A DNA stretch of 64,000 nt from Octopus vulgaris (lineage: Eukaryota). The notes beneath the pieces are model-generated. The model searched no databases. It was not told the origin of the DNA and was given only the letters and a program-made list of their open reading frames with translations. How positions within the stretch are numbered: the first letter of the stretch is position 1; the number at the start of each line of letters is the position of its first letter. The stretch is taken from assembly GCA_951406725.2 (NCBI GenBank), contig OX597828.1, forward strand, positions 77,872,001 to 77,936,000, read 5' to 3'. Below, one piece after another: positions 36,405-49,610 of this stretch. The position numbers were made by a program, and so were the translations under genes.

Positions 36405-38780
36405 TAATAATTCTTCTTAATATAGGCACAAGGCCTGAGATTTTATTGGGTTGCTCAACTGGCACTTATTTTACTGATCCTGAAAGAATGAAAAGCAAAG
36501 CTGACCTCAACAGAATTTGAACTCAGAATGTAAAGAACTGGAATAAAAGCTGTAGAGCATTTTGTCCAGCATGCTAAGGCTTCTGGTAGCTTGTAGCCTT
36601 AGTAATAATAATAATCCTTTCTACTATAGACACAAGGCCTGAATTTTGGGGGAGGGGATAGTCGATCGCATCGACCCTCTACGCAACTGGTACTTAATTT
36701 ATTGACCTTGAAAGGATGAAAGGCAAAGTCGACCTTGGCGGAATTTGAACTCAGAACATAACGGCAGACAAAATACCGCGAAGCATTTCACCTGGCGTGC
36801 TAACCATTCTGTCAGCTCACTGCCTTAACAACAACAACAATAATAATAATAATATTCCTTTCTGATAAAGGCACAAGGCCTGAAATTTTGGGGGAGGGGA
36901 ATAGTCGATTACATTGACTCCAATACTCAGTTGGTACTTATTTCAATGACCCCAAAAGGATGAAATGCAAAGTCCACCTTGGCAGAATTTGAACTCAGAA
37001 TGGAGCAATGCTCAGTGGTATTTTGTCCAGCATGCTGATGATCCTGCAAGCTCACCATACCATGATAATAATAATAACAACAACAAAAACAAGAATAATA
37101 ACAATAACAATATAAATAAAAATAAGTATTAAATTATGTCATTAAATTCAGTGTTTTTAATGTTCAGTATTTGGGTTTCGTTTGGCAAACTTTAACAATA
37201 ACAGGTCGTGGCTGACTAAAGTTTTAAATTAATTTGGATTTAAATCAGGTTTACCTTGTGTTAAAACAGATGAGGAATATTTCTTGCCCTGGACAGGGTG
37301 TCAGACAATCCCAGAAAAGTTTGGCGTTTGTTTTGTCATGGGTTGGGCATACTCCTCCACAACACTCACACACACAGTCGACAACACCGTACCCAGCTAC
37401 CCTTGGGTACCTTCAGTGGAGTCCAGTCTGTTGTAAACAGTCAGAATAAATCTCTAATGACTGAAGGTATCTTTCTCCATTCATTCCACCCCAATCCACC
37501 AGCGTCGGGTGGGAGGGAAGCAATCATGAAGATATGGAAGACCAGCTGAAGGATTGAACCTACAGCCAACATGCTGCTGATCCAGTTTCAAGATCTCATT
37601 CATAGACAGAACAACAGCCACAATAATGGCTTCAAATTTTGGCACAGAGCCAGCAATTTTAAGGGAGTCAGTTAAATATATGTCATCAATTCTGGTATTC
37701 ATTATATTGACCCCAAAAGGATGAAAGACAAAACTGACTTTGCTCAGCATTTGAACTCAGAATGTAAAACCAGCTAAAATGCTGCTAAACACTTTGTGTG
37801 GCACTCGAACAACTGTACCAAGTCACAACCCTAATAATAATAATCCTTTCTACTAAAGGCACAAGGCCTGGATTTTGTGGGGAGGGGGACAGTCAATCAC
37901 ATTGACCCTAGTGTTTCACTGGTACTTAGTTTACTAAAAGATGAAAGGCAAAGTTGACCTTGGCAGAATTTGAACTCAGAACATAGCAACAGGCAAAAAT
38001 ACAGCTAAGAATTTCGTCTCGTGTACTAACGATTCTGCCAGCTCACCCCCTTAATAATAATAATAATAATAATCCTTTCTATTATAGGCACAAGGCCGGA
38101 AATTTTAGGGGAGGGAGGGCTAGTCAATTAGATATACCCCAGTACACAACTAGTACTTAATTTATCGACTCCTAAAGGATGGTGAAGTCAATCTCAGCAG
38201 AATTTGAACTCATAACATAGTGACAGACCAAATATAGCTAAGCATTTCGCCCGGCACGCTAATGATTTTGCAAGTATGCCACCTTAACAACAACAACAAT
38301 AATAATAATAATAATAATAATAATAATCCTTTCTACAGGAATCACAAGGCCTTAAATTTGAGGGGAGGGGGCCAGTCTATTAGACCGGTCCCAGTACGCA
38401 ACTGGTACTTAATTTATCAACCCTGAAAGGATGAAAGGTGAAGTCGACCTCAGTGGAATTTAAACTCAGAATATAGTGATGGGCAAAATACTGCTAAGCA
38501 TTTCGCCCAGCATGCTAACGATTCCACAAGCTCACTGCCTCCAGTATGATGATAATAATAATAATAATCCTTTCTACTATAGGCACCAAGGCCTGAAATT
38601 TTGGGAGAGGGGGATAGTTGATTACATAGACCCCAGTGTCTGACTGGTACTTATGTTATTGACTCCAAAAGGATGAAAGGCTAAGTCAAGCTTGGCAGAA
38701 TTTGAAAACAGAATGTTAAGAGCCAAGAGAAATATGACTGAGCATTTTGTCTGTCATGCTAACGATTCCACCAACTAATG
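36405..38780 (-). mobile_element. Head-to-tail array of ~7-8 SINE family B copies
   Basis: Units cctttctactataggcacaaggcctgaa..aaggatgaaaggcaaagtcgacct..gaatttgaactcagaa..gcatttcgccc, separated by (aat)n/(aac)n; more copies at 41380-41950, 42985-44100, 46565-46690. Confidence 0.85.
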
Positions 38781-40305
38781 ATTAAATTAATTACAAAGAG
38801 AAAAAAACATCATTAATTCAATCATTTTTTTTTTTTAGTGCACAACATCCAAGCACCATGTGTCCCATAAGTCTGTCATCATTTTAGCAGTCGTTTGCAT
38901 GTTAAATGCTGCTTTACTTTTGGTACATATTCTGTCACTATGCCACCCACCTCCGCAACATCATGGCAAGATGGAAAAAGAAGGAAGAAAGTCTTAATTC
39001 TTGAAAGACTTTGGAGTAGAATACCAAGAGTTAAAAACCAGTTAGATTCATGATATTCCAGTCTGAGAGTTTACCATTCTACCAATTCACAACCAAAGCA
39101 AATGAGCAATTTTTTTTGGGGGGGGGGGTTTAAAAAAAGAGCAAATTTTACACACTTTATGAAAAAATTATCTTCTTTAGATTTTAGCTGAGGATAGTTC
39201 ATCTCAAACAAAAAAATAACAATTTTATGAATGTATAACTGGTATAAAGTTTTCAAGGATATATAAAAAAGAAAAAATATAAAATTTGAAAAAAAAACCA
39301 CACATTTAAGCAACACTTTTGATACAACAGTTTTTTTTTTTTTTGGTTTGTTTCTTTTTGCAGAATTTAAATAAAGACAAGTTTATAAAACCGATTTGGT
39401 AATACAAAATTATCAGTTTTGTTGATATACAGATATAACATCGACTTTCTTGGCGCTAATTTACAACCAGGAACTTCAAATTACTGTAGCCACAAAACTA
39501 GTTGATTGGTACTTTGCACAGACTAGTACTGTGCACAGTAAAGTATTTATAAATTTGTATCATTTATAATAACACAGGTACCTATATTTCATTTAATTAT
39601 CTAAGTAAATTTAATATTTGCTTGACTTGTTAATTTACAAGCAGGAACTTCAGTTTCCGGTCGACACCAGACTAGTTTATTGGTACCAGACTAGTTTATT
39701 GGTACCATGCACTAATTAATACCTTGCACAGTACAGTATTAATAAACTTGTATCATTTATATTAATGTACTTCATTTCATTAAATTATTTAATCAGTTTT
39801 AATATTTGTTTAATTTGGAGTATGTTGACCAATGTGGTCCATCCCTGGTTTGGAAAAAATGAGTAATCGAGAATGACTTTGGAACGGAAAGTTCTGGAAA
39901 ATCGATGTTGTGCTTGTAATACTATCAAGAGACCATAATACTTAAATTGATAAACAAAATAACAAAATAAAGAGGAAAGAGAGCAGAGAATGAATATGAA
40001 AATGTAATTAGATGAGTGATTGCGAAGAAAAAGAATGGACTGAAGGAAAATGTCCAAACCATTGAAACAAAATAAATATGGACTTAACATTGTGGTGTGT
40101 TTTAATCTAAATATTAAAAAATATTGGTTTCAAATTTCGGCACAAGGCCAGCAATTTCAGGGATGACCCCAGTGTTCAACTGATACTTATTTAATTCATC
40201 CTGAAAGGATGAAATGTAAGGATGACTCTAGCAGTATTTGAACTCAGAACGTCAGGTCAGAAGAAATGCCACTAAGCCTTGACCAAAGTGAGTTATGATC
40301 CGAGT

Positions 40306-40370
40306 AACACAACATTTTGGCTGATATACCCTCCAGCCTTCATCAGGTGTCTTGGGTGGTGGTGGTGGTG

Positions 40371-40424
<54 letters not shown>

Positions 40425-40572
40425 ATATCGAAAAATACCTTAGGGATGAGAACCCAGGTTCGAAATTCCCCCAAGACACCTGATGAAGGCTGGAAGGTAT
40501 ATCAGCCAAAACAATTGTGTTAACAACAAACAAGATGAGGAGAAATATCCATCAAATGTAAATAATGTAAAT
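40306..40572. mobile_element. HHR family 1 fold-back copy; two decayed hammerheads (40306-40351 minus, 40475-40521 plus)
   Basis: Same body as 4860-5000; arms separated by (ggt)n(agt)n; both HHRs have GAAA changed to AAAA. Confidence 0.75.
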
Positions 40573-41498
40573 TAGTGAAATAACTTTGTCATTATTGATC
40601 TGTAGTTTGGGACCATAAATTAGCATGGACCTTTGATGGAAGGTTTTAAGTAAAATCACTTTCAAACAAGGAATTTGTATCGTGGAACCAAGGGTGGTTT
40701 TTAAGTAGGTTGGTATCAAAAGGGTTAAGAGAAAGAAAGAAAGAAAGAGAGAAGGAATAAAAAAGACTTTTTTTAAAGTTACATAAGAAATAAAGAAATG
40801 AGAGAAAGAAATATAGAATAAAAAATAGAGATGAAAGAAAAGAAAGAAAGAAGGAAGGAAGGAAGGAAAGAAAGAAAACTTAAAAAGCAGAGGAGAAAAT
40901 GTGGGAGATTTTGAGAGATTTATAATCTTAGATTGAAAAAGGTGATATGGAAAAATAATGCTTTCTTTTGACTAGGCACAACTGTTTTATATATTAAGTA
41001 GATGGGAAGTTGTGATGTTTATACATTTCTGAGGACATTGAATAATTGCAAATGAACTATGAAACCTGTTGAACTGGGGATTAAACTTAGACTACAGACC
41101 CCATAGCTCACCAGGAATTGATCTCTTACTCTGTAAGAACTGGGTATATAAACAACACAGCATGTTTAATAACTTGAAAGATGTATAGATCTATTAAACA
41201 CACCCCATATTCAGCATCAGGAACAAAATTACCTTCTGGGGTGGGGAACTTCACATAAAGGACCTGGGGTGATTTTTCTGAGGCACTTTATATTTCAAAA
41301 ATGGCATTTTCATGCCCTTACATATGGTTATGATAATGGTCAACATAATAGTTTAACCAGTGTAACATTTTGGTTTAATGTCTTTAACAGGTCTTCAGGA
41401 ATGACCGGCAAAATTGACCTTGGCAAGATTCGAACTCAGAATGCTATAGAGATGAAATGCTACACTTTCTGCTGCCCTACCATCTTACTCATAATGAA

Positions 41499-41531
<33 letters not shown>

Positions 41532-42832
41532 CCTTTGTGCTAAAGGTACAAGGCGTGAAATTAGGGGGAAGGGGACTAGTTGATTACATTGACCCCAGTG
41601 TTTTACTGGTACTTAATTTATCGACCCCGAAAGCACAAAAAGCAAAGTCAACTTCAGCAGAATATGAACTTAGAATGTACAAATGCACAAAATGCAACTA
41701 AGCATTTTGTCCAGCATAATAACAATTCTGCCAGCTAACTGCCATAATAGTAATAATAATAATCTAAGGTCTGAAATTTGGGAGAAGTGGGGAAGTAGTC
41801 GATTACATTGACCCCAGTGTTTCACCGGCACTTTATTTATCGACCCCGAAAGGATGATAGGCAAAGTCGACCTCAGCGGAATTTTAACTCAGAATGTAGC
41901 AATGGGTGAGATACTGCTAAGCCTTTCATCCAGTGTGCTAACGATTCACCAATTATAATAATATTAATTTCTTATGTTGAAGGTCAGAAACAGCAAAAAG
42001 TGAGAGGAATCTTAACTGAAACAACAAATAACAAGAAAGAAGCAAATCTTTTGTTTTTTTAATGGTTAATTAAGTTATTTTGTGTCTGTATGTAGGTGTG
42101 GGACTCCCCCCGGGAGCAACAGATTACAGCACTTACAACTTGTCTGTGAAATAGCAGAATAAAACTCTTCTAAGCACAGACACGAATACTTAAGTTGGGG
42201 GTTAGGTGGTGGGTTACCTCCCCTTCTGTGCATTGAATTAGGGTTAGCAACCCTGTTGTGTACTGATTTTGGGGTTAGCAACCCTGCTGTGTACTGCTTG
42301 TTGTGTATTACATTAAAGGTTAACAACACAGTTGTGTAGAGCGTTGGGTTAGCATCATTGTTCTGTATTGAATGCAGAATTAGCAACTCAGCTGTGCACA
42401 AATAGTTATTATGAAATGATCAGCAAAAAGCAAAACAGACTCGCCTATCTCAAGCAAGGGATGAGGCTCTTGGCTTTGCAGACTGATGACATTCTCTGGT
42501 CACAACCATTCCAGGGACCCTCTGATCTCTGAACACAGAAAAAGACAAATGCATCCTCATACAGGAATAGCATCACTGATGCTATATAACGATGCATAGG
42601 GAACCTAATTTCTTGGGAACCAACTAAACCAATAATTATTTTAGCAACTTCAAAGACAAGATGGTAGGAACAGGAATGTTAAAAAGGACGACTGAATGTA
42701 AGGGAAAAGGAAATTGTTTTGTGTTTAAATAAAAAATAAAATGTGTTAGAACTTCTGTCATGGGTGAGGTATGTAACATAGAAACCATGAGGATATAGAG
42801 TTAAAGAGATATGTGTGTGTGTGTGTATGTAA

Positions 42833-42976
<144 letters not shown>

Positions 42977-43353
42977 TGATGCTGATGATTCTTTCTGTTA
43001 TAGGCACAAAGCGCCCAGAATTCTGGGGAAGGAGCTAGTTTATTACATCAACCCCAGTGCTCAATGGGCACTTACTTTTATAGACCCCCAAAAGATGAAA
43101 GGCAAAGTTGACCCTCTGAAGGTATTTGAAATGACAATAATAATCTTTTCTATTATAGGTACAAGGCTTGAAATTTGGGTGGGAGGGGACTAGTTCATAA
43201 TTGCTACTTATTTCATCGACCCTGAAAGGATGAAAGACATAGTTAACCTTAGTGGTATTTGAACTCAGAATATGAAGACGGACAAAATTCCGCTAAGCAT
43301 TTCACCCAGCATGCTAATGCTTCTACCAGTTCACCAACTTAATAATAATAATA

Positions 43354-43384
<31 letters not shown>

Positions 43385-43411
43385 TTGTTATTATTATTAT
43401 TGTTATTGTTG

Positions 43412-43458
<47 letters not shown>

Positions 43459-44119
43459 ATTTCTACTCTAGGCACAAGACCTTAAAAATTTTTGGGGAAG
43501 GGGGATAGTCAATTACATTGACCCCAGTGTGTAACTGGTACTTATTTCATTGAACCCCAAAAGGATGAAAGGCAAAGTCAACCTCAGCGGAATTTGAACT
43601 CAGAACATAGTGGCAGACAAAATATCACTAAGCACTTTACCTGGTGTGCTAATAATTCTGCCAACTCACCACCTGAATGATAATAATAATGGTTTCAAAT
43701 TGGCAGAATTTGAACTCAGAAAGTAAAGACAAAAACGAAATACAGCTAAGCATTTCACCCAGCATGCTAACATTTCTGCCAACTTGCTACCTTAATAATA
43801 ATCCTTTCTTCTATAGGCACAAGGCCTGAAATTTGGGGGGGCGGGGTAAGTCGATTACATTGACCCCACCCCATACTAAACTGGTACTTAATTTATCAAC
43901 CCTGGAAAAACGAAAGGCAAAGTCAAATTCGGTAGCATTTCTTAACGATAACAATAATCCTTTCTTCTATAGGCAAAATGCCAGAAATTTTGGGGTCAGA
44001 TGGTTGTTGATCACATCAACCCCAGTGCATAACTGGTATTTATTTTATCAACCCTGAAATGATCAAAAACAAAGTCAACTCCAGCAGAATTTGAATGTAG
44101 TCACAAGAAATGCCACTAA

Positions 44120-44740
44120 ACCAGGGTACTCAGAGTTTGTGGGGTTCCTCAGTTGCCCTTGGGTAGGATTTTCCTCCCTTTTGGGTAATTTTTGCAAATT
44201 GTTATTGTTTTTATTGTTTAATGTTTTTCTTTGTCTTTGTAGTATCTTAAGTGTTTTTGTGGCCCTTGTGGCCAATAATGAAAGAATTATTATTATTACT
44301 ATTATTATTATTATTAAAGGGCTAAAGACAGACACTTTCCTCTTTGGCCAAGCCCTCATCAACTTTTCCAAGTTTCACTTGAACAGGAAGTTGAGGGTGG
44401 AGAGGGGAGTGTTGCCTTTGTAGCAAATTTGTTGAAAGGTCGATGAATGTTGGAAGAATGGCCAGTGTGAAAGGGCCAGTTCTGAGTGTACACCTGTAAA
44501 CAAAAAAAAAAAGGTTCTTGCTCTGTTGTTCAGACACCTATGGCTTTTGTGGGGTTTTCCATGAGGACCTTAAAGCACCTCTCCATTGGGAGTTTAATTT
44601 GTTCCACTTTTTTCTTATTTGTGTGTTATACACACAAAAACCCATTGTATCGTCCTGTTTTTGGTCTTATGCTGTGAATGTCTTTTAGTGTTTTGTATGT
44701 GAGCTCTTGTGGCTAATAAAAGAATTAATAATAATAATTA
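44120..44740 (+). mobile_element. L1/Tx1-like LINE 3' fragments (related copy 52440-52745)
   Basis: Decayed C-terminal ALINFSKFHLNRKLRVER.VL.., T-rich 3'UTR ending ccttgtggccaataa.. plus (att)n. Confidence 0.45.
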
Positions 44741-44908
44741 TTATTATTATTATTATCATTAAAATTACACCAAGGTGAACTTTGCCTTTCATCCTTCCGG
44801 GTTCGATGAAACAAATACCAGTGGAGCACTGAGGTCAATGTAATCAACCCCCCCACCCAAATTTCAAGCCTTGTGCCTTCGGTAGAAAAGATTATTATTA
44901 TTATTATT

Positions 44909-45366
44909 GAGTGAGAGAGCAGTACATGCCATCAAAGTGACACTGGGGTAAAATATACAAAGCCCAGTATACCCATCATGACTACCCGTCTGATAAGGGT
45001 ACACCAGGCACATATATCACAACCATATGTGCGCGACATGGTGATCTCATACCAAGATAAACAGCGCATGACTTTGCAGGTGGGGACCAGTTAGGATTTT
45101 CTTCTGGCTGAGTAACCCATCCCGCTCAAAAGGTCACTGAATGAGGATTGTTTAAGGATATTGAACGAAACACCCATGTTTCCAAAGGTGAATTATCCAA
45201 ACCTCCAAGAATTCCTTTCAACACACAGCTATGATGCTCTCCCACTACTTCTGCTTGTGATCAGAGATGCACATATCGTCAGCTACCAAGGGACATACTC
45301 AACAGGTTAAGCACAAACAAATGACAAGCAAACCTGTCGTATTGAGCAGAATATTTGCTGTAGCCC

Positions 45367-45367
<1 letters not shown>
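44909..45367. repeat. Non-coding insertion within an (ATT)n tract, possibly an R4/Dong-type 3' end
   Basis: Unique-looking 460 bp bounded on both sides by (att)n; class inferred only from the target. Confidence 0.3.
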
Positions 45368-45415
<48 letters not shown>

Positions 45416-45836
45416 GTAGAAATGAAGAGGAAAAGAAGGAAGATGAAAAAGACAAAGGAGAAAATTACGATGGTAGAGGTGGAGAAGATAATGATAATAA
45501 GATTGTCGTTTCTAAGATAAAGATTACAAATTCTTGGAGAGAAAAACATGGAGTTCAATATTTGATGCTTACCATTTTTTATCAACTCTTTGAGAGTTTT
45601 AAAGTCAAGGCTAGACAGGGTTTTAATTCACAATTTAACAATACTGTAACGATATGTCCTGAAACGAGCATAACTTGTGTGGTGCAATGTTCTGTTTAAT
45701 GATATTTACAATCTTAACGAGAATAATAATGAACATGTTTTTGTTTTTTTTCCAATGCAGAAACAAAGCCCAGAATTTGTGGAGCTCAGATACAAAGTCA
45801 ATGCAGTTAAGGACCCTTCCGCTTTCCCCCAGTATT

Positions 45837-45959
45837 TTACTGGTAGTTGTTTTGCAGACTCCTTCCTCCGAGTGAAAGAGTATGGTCCAGGGAATTGAAC
45901 TCTGATGTGATGTAACCAAGCACTGCAGTGTATTCTCTTAGTTCGACGGTCTGCCGGTT
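45837..45959 (-). CDS. Tentative terminal exon of the THAP gene
   Basis: tttcag| NRQTVELREYTAVLGYITSEFNSLDHTLSLGGRSLQNNYQ*; phase fits only if 47677-47607 is used. Confidence 0.35.
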   Translation of the reverse strand, partial: NRQTVELREYTAVLGYITSEFNSLDHTLSLGGRSLQNNYQ

Positions 45960-47606
45960 CTGAAATTTACTGATGTCATGGTGATAATTAAGACGATGAT
46001 GATGATTATGATGATGTTGCTGGTGGCAATGATGATTATAACGATGGTGATGATTGATGTTGGTGGTGGTGGAGGTGGTCTTGGTGGTGGCGGTGATGAT
46101 GATTATAATGGTGGTGGTAGTGGTTGGTGGAGGTGGTAGTGGTTGGTGTGCTGATGACTGATGTTGTTGGTGGTGGTGATGATTATGGTGGTGGTGATGA
46201 TGATGATGATGATGAGGATGATGGAGATGATAATGATGATGATGATGATAATAATGATTTCAGCAGTTTCTAAAGTTATAATAACAAAATAGTTTCGTTA
46301 AAACAAGAAAAAGGAACAAAGAAAACATAATTAGCACATAATTAAGAATAGATTGCTTTTTTTTTGTTTTGTTATCTATATATTTTTGTTTGTTTTCTTT
46401 GCCTTACTCAAGGTTATCTTCTTTGATTTCTGGCTTAGACTTATTTTCTCCATGTTTCTGTGTTATGTTGTTACCAAAATAAACACCACAGTCATCTGGA
46501 AAACAGCAAGAGACACACAAAAGATGTCAGATAACAATTACTGAAGAATATATATTCCGAGACTGGCTTCAAATTTTGGCACAGTAATTTCAAAGGAAGG
46601 AATTAAGTCGATTACAACGACCCCAGTATGCAACCGATACTTATTTTATCAACCCTGAAAGGATGAAAGGCAAAGTCAACCTTGATGGAATTATCCCTAG
46701 ATTGCCGTTGTATTTTGGGAGGGGTCAGTAGGCCAATAATAGAGACATGCAGTGGTTCAGTTTCACATCTTACACTCTCAGAGTGGTTGGCATTAGGAAG
46801 GGCATCCAGCTGTAGAAACTCTGCCAGATCAGATTGGAGCCTGGTGCAGCCATCTGGTTCGCCATTCCTCAGTCAAATCATCCAAACCATGCTAGCATGG
46901 AAAGCGGATGTTAAATGATGATGATGAATAAATGCAGATTTCTGTCTGCCCATCTGTCCATCCAGGATACACCCCTGTATATGTCTACATTTGCTCTACA
47001 TAGACATATTATCCCCTTTTGGAGTCAGGATGATCCCGAAAATGAAAATCTGCCCTTAATTTAGTTCTTGAACATCCAGCATTGGGATCAGGTCTGGATG
47101 AGGAATCGTTATAAGCTAACAGTTGAAGATTCAAATTTTAAAAGAACTCCAAAAGTTTGTGAACTTACAAGTTTTTCATTTAAACTAAATTAAAAGTAAT
47201 ACCACATTGGTTGGGTACCAGTAAATGTTTTATCCTTATTGATCTCCCTAGTTTTGGACCACTGGCCAAATTGGCCTTCCCCAAGAGCTAACCTAAAAGT
47301 CAGCACAGAGTGCGGCTTTTAAGCTAACCTTGGTTATTTGTCGGTTGGTTGACCGTTTCACCAAAATAACTCATCAATTGTTTCAATAATCATTTAGTAA
47401 ATCAATTAATCAATTGTGTTTGTGAAGGTCCTTTTCTTTGTCATTTGCAACCTCTTCAATAACATGTTTTCTCCTCTCCAGGTCAGCTTCATGTGTCTGT
47501 GTGTCTGTCTTTTAGATCTGTTTGTCTCCTCCTCGCATACATTCCCACCCACAACCATAAAACTATAGAATTACTGAAACCAAAACTAAAAGACAAACAG
47601 ACAGAC

Positions 47607-47677
47607 CTGAAGCAGAGAAGGCATCTCATTGTTGATGGCCCAAATGGTGATGAAAGGACTTTGATACACATGACTGA
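47607..47677 (-). CDS. Tentative exon 4 of the THAP gene
   Basis: (V)SHVYQSPFITIWAINNEMPSLLQ |gtctgt; phase 1 to 0; weak acceptor. Confidence 0.3.
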
Positions 47678-47994
47678 CTGACCAATTAACCGAATGATTA
47701 ATCAACCAGTTGATTAGTTAATTAGTTAAATAGCTAACGAATTGATGAATAATACTGAAGTGAAACAGAACCAGTGTGTGTTTATTATTGGCATAATGAC
47801 CCCCACCTCATAAGATACAACAAAATCCATTTCAACACACACAAACACACGTGTGTATATATATATATATATATATATACATGTACCAATGAAGTGTGAA
47901 TAAAGGCTCACTGTACATACGTATGGATACAGAGATACAATGCATGAGGTGTATAAAATTTATATATGTGTACATATATATATATATTTATATA

Positions 47995-48562
47995 TAATTA
48001 ATTAAGGGTAGAAATCAATATTTATCAATTAAAACCAGTGGTCTAACATATTAAAAAAATCCGAAGATTAAATATTTATATATACCAATTAAGGACTGAA
48101 CACGAAAAAGTGGACAGTCAACATGCTAGATATAGACGTCAAATCGCCATTCTCCACAAAAGATTATGTTCTCAGATCAAACTCAACACAAACCCAAGCA
48201 ATAAACAAGTGAAAATATACGAAAAACAATACTTATCCATGTACTGAATCAGTTTCGACTATTATTATCTGTAAGGATACCCGTAGTCTTCATCAGCATG
48301 GCCGGTCTGAATGAAATCTGCTGAACTAGATGCAAAAACGATACCGGAGTATCATCACGTGCGTAGAGTTCAACCGATTACATCCGAATGTGTATTTCAA
48401 ATGCTTTTCGTATATTTTCACTTGTTTATTGCTTGGGTTTGTGTTGAGTTTGATCTGAGAACATAATCTTTTGTGGATAATGGCGATTTGACGTCTATAT
48501 CTAGCATGTTGACTGTCCACTTTTTCGTGTTCAGTCCTTAATTGGTATATATAAATATTTAA

Positions 48563-48565
<3 letters not shown>
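47995..48565 (-). mobile_element. Fold-back hammerhead element (HHR family 6)
   Basis: 158-bp inverted arms 48068-48225 / 48405-48562, HHR in the spacer, (TA)n flanks. Confidence 0.85.
48237..48301 (-). ncRNA. Minimal type-I hammerhead ribozyme (family 6)
   Basis: ccatg CTGATGA a gacta..tagtc GAAA ctgattcag TA catgg. Confidence 0.8.
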
Positions 48566-48596
<31 letters not shown>

Positions 48597-48934
48597 ATAT
48601 ATATATGATAGCATGGCTATTTGTACAGAAATGCAGATACAATCATTTGTTGTGTATATATGTGTGTGCATATTGTTTGTGTATGCACACAACTAGGGAT
48701 TTATAAATGAATAATTTATCAAATTGAATTTATCAACATGAGCCAATGAGTCATAAACAGCAACAAAATCGAAGCCAACACCAAACACACAGGATGCTGT
48801 TGTCATTGTAAAAGAGAATTCCCACTCTTCTCAACTTGCCTGCTTCATAACAACTTTGCATTTGTTAGCATTTCCTTCCCATCTCAACTCCATCTTCCTG
48901 TGTTGTCTGTCTCAAAGTGACTGCTATGAATCAT

Positions 48935-49330
48935 AGCTTCTTGCTCCCTTACCCCTACCAACATCAGAGTTTTTGCAGAAGGTCATGGTGGGGATCAGCA
49001 GTGATGACTTACTCCTTAATCTTGGTTTTGTCCCTGTTAACAGGGGTGGCCAGATCTACTTCAATGCCATAGCAACCGAGGTAGGCAGGTGCATCCCACC
49101 CCAACCTTTGGGCTGACTGGCAGGTGTCCATTCTCCTTGGCTGTCATGTGGCTTTTTTTGGAGCTGGATTTTCTGCAGGGAGCATGCCCTTGCTTACCCC
49201 CAACCTCAGTTTCTAGACATGAATGGTCCCAAGACTAAGGCCTCTACCATGATTTTTAAGAAATGTGGTGGAAAACTACCACACGAAGGCAGGGACGCTA
49301 CCCCCTGAGACCTCTTTTGGAGCCCCGCTA
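48935..49330. repeat. Second copy of the dispersed repeat at 11117-11560
   Basis: Direct alignment by eye, few substitutions. Confidence 0.8.
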
Positions 49331-49411
49331 CTTACACTCCTTTTTTGGAGAAAGCAAAAAACAAAACAAAACAAAAAACAATCTCGAAGACAGAAAAAGA
49401 AGATAACTCAC

Positions 49412-49610
49412 CTGTATGATGTTTAGGGAGTCTGCTTGGAGTTCGTTGCTCGAGTGTGTTGACAGTGATCCAAGGGTTCATGGTTGGATTGTCAGGATGT
49501 AAATGAGATGTGGAAACTGTTTTAGTGGCAAGATAATCATGGAATAGCAGCGACTGAGTCAAGTGTTCTTGTTCTCTGCGTTCCAGCATGATGCTAGCCT
49601 CATCAATCAG
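49412..49610 (-). CDS. THAP gene exon 3
   Basis: tctcttgcag| LIDEASIMLERREQEHLTQSLLFHDYLATK...KHHT |gtgagt; 199 nt; HxY motif. Confidence 0.7.

Noticed and set aside
45975-46270. His/Pro/Thr-rich coding exon for the THAP gene
   Set aside because: All three frames after the candidate acceptor at ~46270 hit stops; it is a mixed trinucleotide repeat
49200-49330. HDV-like ribozyme on the minus strand of the dispersed repeat
   Set aside because: Partial P2/P3-like pairing only; P1 relies on G-U pairs and there is no proper P1.1 or J4/2
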